From: Kofleriaceae bacterium
Lineage (GTDB): Bacteria; Myxococcota_A; Polyangia; Haliangiales; Haliangiaceae
Length of the DNA stretch: 64,000 nucleotides
NCBI GenBank assembly: GCA_965215005.1
Contig: CBDCCZ010000038.1
Coordinates: 1 to 64,000, forward strand
Direction of reading: 5' to 3'
Shown here: positions 60,471-64,000 of the stretch, one piece after another
Layout: every line of letters begins with the position of its first letter
Numbering within the stretch: position 1 is the stretch's first letter
Program-made: the position numbers and the translations under genes
Notes under the pieces: generated by a model
What the model was told of the DNA's origin: nothing
What the model saw: the letters and a program-made list of their open reading frames with translations, nothing else
The model's database searches: none

Positions 60471-61353
60471 GAAGCTCGAGGCGCGCTTCGCGGCGCTTGG
60501 TGACGATCCAGGCGATGATGATCGATAGGTTGTAGAGCACCACCAGCGGGCCCGCCATCATCGTCTGCGAGATGACATCGGGCGGTGTGAGAATCGCGGA
60601 AATCACGAACGAGAGCACGATCCACCAGCGGTTGAACTTCCACAGCCCGCGGTGCGTGACCAAACCGATCAGCGACATGAAGAAGATCGCGAGTGGCAGC
60701 TCGAATACCAGCCCGAAGCCGAGCAGCAGCTTGCGCGCGAAGGAGAGATACTCCTGCATCGATAGCAGCGGCAGGAGCGCTACCTGCTCGCCAAGGTCGA
60801 ACTGCTTGCCGAGCGATTTGATCTCCGCCAGGTTGCGCGTTGAGTAGCCGAGCAGGAACTCGAATACCTGCGGTAGTACGAGGAAATAGCAGAACAGAGC
60901 CCCGGCGACGAACGACAGCGCGGAGCACGTAGCGAACAGCACTCCAAACTTGCGCTCCTTCTTGTAGAGGCCGGGCGCGATGAACTTCCAGATTTGATAG
61001 AAGATGAACGGCGAGGCCACGAAAATGCCCGCCCATAGCGCCATCGAGAAGTAGGTCCAAAACGGCTCGACCAGCGAGCCGAAGACCAACTTCGAGTCGC
61101 CGATGGCTGGATTTTCGGCTTTGGCTTCCGCCCACACCTGGGTGAGCGGCTTGAGCATGAACACCAACACCAACTCTTTGAATGAGTAGGCGATCACAAA
61201 GCCGGCAGCGAGCGCAATGACCGCGTTGCGCAGCCGAATCCGCAGCTCGCGGAGATGCTCGACGAACGGCATTCGGCCATCCTCGAGCTCGAGGTCGGGA
61301 CTAGCGACGCTATCGGGGCCGGGGGGCAGCGCGGGAGGAGGTTGGTCAGCCAT
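60460..61353 (-). CDS. tatC: Twin-arginine translocase subunit TatC
   Basis: MPFVEHLRELR.RL, YQIWKFIAPGLYKKE, FGLVFELP, SAILTPPD. Confidence 0.95.
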   Translation of the reverse strand: MADQPPPALPPGPDSVASPDLELEDGRMPFVEHLRELRIRLRNAVIALAAGFVIAYSFKELVLVFMLKPLTQVWAEAKAENPAIGDSKLVFGSLVEPFWTYFSMALWAGIFVASPFIFYQIWKFIAPGLYKKERKFGVLFATCSALSFVAGALFCYFLVLPQVFEFLLGYSTRNLAEIKSLGKQFDLGEQVALLPLLSMQEYLSFARKLLLGFGLVFELPLAIFFMSLIGLVTHRGLWKFNRWWIVLSFVISAILTPPDVISQTMMAGPLVVLYNLSIIIAWIVTKRREARLELPTP

Positions 61354-61906
61354 GCGCGTTGCCGGTGCTAGACGGCTCATCCGAGCCGGTGGTGGTGGAT
61401 TCGGCGGCCTCGGCCGCTGGACGCCCGGCGCTTCGAGCCACCGTGGCGCCGGCGGGGCGAATCAGCGGCAGCTCGTCACCGGTCGCAGCCGGCTGCGGCG
61501 TGCTCGAGGCGCCGGTCGCTACAGCCGCTTCGGTGCTGTAGGCGGCGCCTGCGCCTGGCTCGGCGCTGGGGGCCTCGGCGCTGCCAGCAAGCTCTGCCGG
61601 TGGATCGGCTGCCGCAGCGGGACTGATCACGGCGGCCACACCCGGATCCGCCGTGACCTTAGCAGTTGCCGGTGCCCGCGGCGGCCACACCCGGTCATCG
61701 CCGCGCAACGCGCTTTTCAGATCGCGGATGGCGCCGCCAATCTCCGCATCGGCCTCGATGGTGTCCTGCAGCTCTCGGGTCTGGCGCCGGAAGTCGCGAA
61801 TGCCCTTGCTGAGGGACTTGGCGGCTTCCGGCAGCTTGTCGGGTCCCAAAAACAGCAGGGCTACCACCAAGATCATGAGGATCTCGCCCATGCCCAAGCC
61901 GAACAT
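61346..61906 (-). CDS. tatB: Twin-arginine translocase subunit TatB (TatA/B family)
   Basis: MFGLGMGEILMILVVALLFLGPDKLP with a long C-terminal tail; directly upstream of tatC. Confidence 0.85.
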   Translation of the reverse strand: MFGLGMGEILMILVVALLFLGPDKLPEAAKSLSKGIRDFRRQTRELQDTIEADAEIGGAIRDLKSALRGDDRVWPPRAPATAKVTADPGVAAVISPAAAADPPAELAGSAEAPSAEPGAGAAYSTEAAVATGASSTPQPAATGDELPLIRPAGATVARSAGRPAAEAAESTTTGSDEPSSTGNAHG

Positions 61907-61999
61907 ACAGGCGAGCAGCATAGCATGAGCGCGGGGAGCCAAGCCGTCGCGTCGGCTTGGGCATAGGTCCGGCCAAGCGCCACTCGGCCGACGTTCGTT

Positions 62000-64000
62000 C
62001 TAGAACTCGCGAGCGGTGCGGCCGAAGCCCTCGGCGCCGGTGCCAAGGCTCGGCTCCGATCGCTCGAGTGGCGCGGTACCGGGCACGAAATGCAGCTCTA
62101 TTGCGCTGCTCGAGCCGGGCCCAGCGAGCAAGCCGTTATCGCGATCGATCCGCGCGGCCTGCAGCCCCAGCGGCGGAGCCTGTGGAACTTCCCGCGATGG
62201 CCTCTCGGCCTCGCCGAGCTGCACCAGCTGCATCCACAGCGGCAGCGCGGCGTGGGCGCCGTCTTGTTTCCGTCCGAGCCCGCGGCTGGGATCGTCGTAA
62301 CCAACCCAGACGGCGGCGACCACCCGCGCGGTGAAGCCGAGGAACCAGGCATCGGTGTTGTCGTTGGTGGTGCCAGTCTTGCCGGCGGCTGGACGGCCGA
62401 GGGCGCGGGCGGCGGTGGCCGTTCCGCGCCGAACCACGTCACGGAGCATGCTGGCGACTTGAAAGGCAGTGCCAGCGTCGAGAGCCGACATGCCCTCGTT
62501 CAAGGTTGCCAAGCGGTCCAGGCGCCGCGCCGGCGCGAGCTGGGGGTCGAGCGGGGAGGCGCGATCGACGTACGTTCGTCCAGCGCGCTGGACCCGCACC
62601 ACCACCACCGGTTCGAGCTCGATGCCGCCGCGGGCGATGGCCGCGTAGGCGCCAGCGAGCTCTAGGGGCACCACGCACGAGGCTCCAAGCGCCATGGGTC
62701 GAACCTCGGCCAGCTCGGTGGTGATGCCGAGGCGCCGCGCCAGCTCGATGACGCGCGGGGCACCAACGCGATCGAAGACATCGACGGCGGGCGCGTTGAG
62801 AGAAGCGACGAGCGCATCGTGGGCAAGGGCCACGCCGCGGAAGGCGCGACCGCTGTTTGCTGGCTTCCAGAAGACGTCGCGATTCTCGTCATAGGCGGCA
62901 ATCGGCGCATCGCGCAGCAACGTAGCGGGCGTGATGGCATGGGCTGCGAGGGCGGCGGCGTAGACGATGGGTTTGAACGCCGAGCCTGGCTGGCGGCACG
63001 CTTGGCTGGCTCGGTCGAACTGGCTGATTGCCCAGGAGGTGCCGCCGATGAGCGCCTCGAGATAGCCGGTGCGATAGTCCCACAGCAGCGCTCCCACCTG
63101 CGGCGGCGCATGCTCGGCGCGCTTGCCCAGCGTCTGCGACCAACGCGTCGCCGCTTCGGCCGCGGCGACAGCGAGCACCGGCTGGGCGCTGGTCTCGATG
63201 ATCAGGCCCCCGCGGGCAAACGCCGCGGGATACGCACGGGCGACCTCGCGACGAGCGCGCTCGGTGAGCCACGGAGCCACGCCTCCGTAGCGCTGATGTG
63301 GCGGTGTGAGCTCCAGTGGCGCGTCCTTGGCGGCAGCGTGCGCAGCGCTGTCGATGAAACCGGCGCGCAGCATGCGATCGAGCACCTCGCTACGGCGCGC
63401 CAAGGCGGCAGCTCGGTCGCGATAGGGATCGGCGCGGCCTGGGGCCTGCGCCAGGCCGGCGATGAGGGCGGTTTGCGCCAGGTTGAGTTGCGCCAGCGGC
63501 CGTGAGAAGTACGCGCGCGCGGCGGCGGCAACTCCGTAGGCGCCGGCGCCGAGAAACGCCTGATTGACGTAGGTCGTGAAGATGCGCTGCTTGGAGTATC
63601 GCCGCTCGATTCGGCGCGCCAGCAGCGCTTCGCGGACCTTGCGCCGCAAGCTTCGCTCATGACCAATGGCGTCGGGCAGCAAGTTCCGCGCGACTTGCTG
63701 CGTGAGTGTCGAGGCGCCTTCGACGACGCGACCAGCGGCAACATTGGCGCGCGCGGCGCGGACGATGGCGCGCAGGTCGACACCATCGTGAGCAAAAAAT
63801 CGCGCATCCTCGGCGGCTAAGAAAGCGTGCACCAGCATCGGCGGGAGCTCGTCAAAGGCGACAGGAAAGCGATGGCCAACGAGGTCGCCATCGACGAACG
63901 GCAGCTCGGCAAGCACGCTGCCGTCGTGAGCGAGTACCAGGCTGGTGCGCGGCAGTCGTTGGTCCCAGCGATCGAGATCGGGCACGCGAGGTAAGTCGGC
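62000..64000 (-). CDS. Class A penicillin-binding protein (PBP1A-like), 5' end outside the window
   Basis: AEDARFFAHDGVD and GASTLTQQVARN (transglycosylase); PGSAFKP, SLN and GKTGT (transpeptidase). Confidence 0.92.
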   Translation of the reverse strand, partial: ADLPRVPDLDRWDQRLPRTSLVLAHDGSVLAELPFVDGDLVGHRFPVAFDELPPMLVHAFLAAEDARFFAHDGVDLRAIVRAARANVAAGRVVEGASTLTQQVARNLLPDAIGHERSLRRKVREALLARRIERRYSKQRIFTTYVNQAFLGAGAYGVAAAARAYFSRPLAQLNLAQTALIAGLAQAPGRADPYRDRAAALARRSEVLDRMLRAGFIDSAAHAAAKDAPLELTPPHQRYGGVAPWLTERARREVARAYPAAFARGGLIIETSAQPVLAVAAAEAATRWSQTLGKRAEHAPPQVGALLWDYRTGYLEALIGGTSWAISQFDRASQACRQPGSAFKPIVYAAALAAHAITPATLLRDAPIAAYDENRDVFWKPANSGRAFRGVALAHDALVASLNAPAVDVFDRVGAPRVIELARRLGITTELAEVRPMALGASCVVPLELAGAYAAIARGGIELEPVVVVRVQRAGRTYVDRASPLDPQLAPARRLDRLATLNEGMSALDAGTAFQVASMLRDVVRRGTATAARALGRPAAGKTGTTNDNTDAWFLGFTARVVAAVWVGYDDPSRGLGRKQDGAHAALPLWMQLVQLGEAERPSREVPQAPPLGLQAARIDRDNGLLAGPGSSSAIELHFVPGTAPLERSEPSLGTGAEGFGRTAREF

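Overview
High-GC chromosomal window that looks myxobacterial (Myxococcota): it has a MYXO-CTERM-like sorting tail, four Ser/Thr kinase-family genes, an FHA/sigma-54 activator and Cys-rich lipoproteins. The taxonomy is inferred from gene content only. Housekeeping and metabolic genes include ccr, a thiolase, phoD, queC, dtd, korAB, tatBC, a class A PBP (cut by the window end), two peptide ABC permease sets, a POT transporter and tRNA-Arg(CCG). Most notable: (1) a two-gene, split, miniaturised copper-amine-oxidase-like system (10.4-12.0 kb) with an altered cofactor motif and a Lys/Ala-rich tail; (2) a ~151-bp structured repeat at five loci plus an isolated degenerate hairpin, including a 3.4-copy tandem array, with compensatory and strand-specific wobble changes; (3) a PLP-fold protein with Arg at the Schiff-base Lys; (4) a PHM/DBH-like dicopper monooxygenase lipoprotein; (5) an in-frame TAA inside oppC; (6) an OppA with an SH3b-like insertion; (7) a small accessory patch at 21.6-24 kb (truncated nucleotidyltransferase TA-like pair, IS3-like relic, low-GC VOC gene). 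No CRISPR, intact transposase or integrase was seen. All family calls are by eye from motifs; no searches were run. Many starts were moved from the ORF track to more plausible internal codons.
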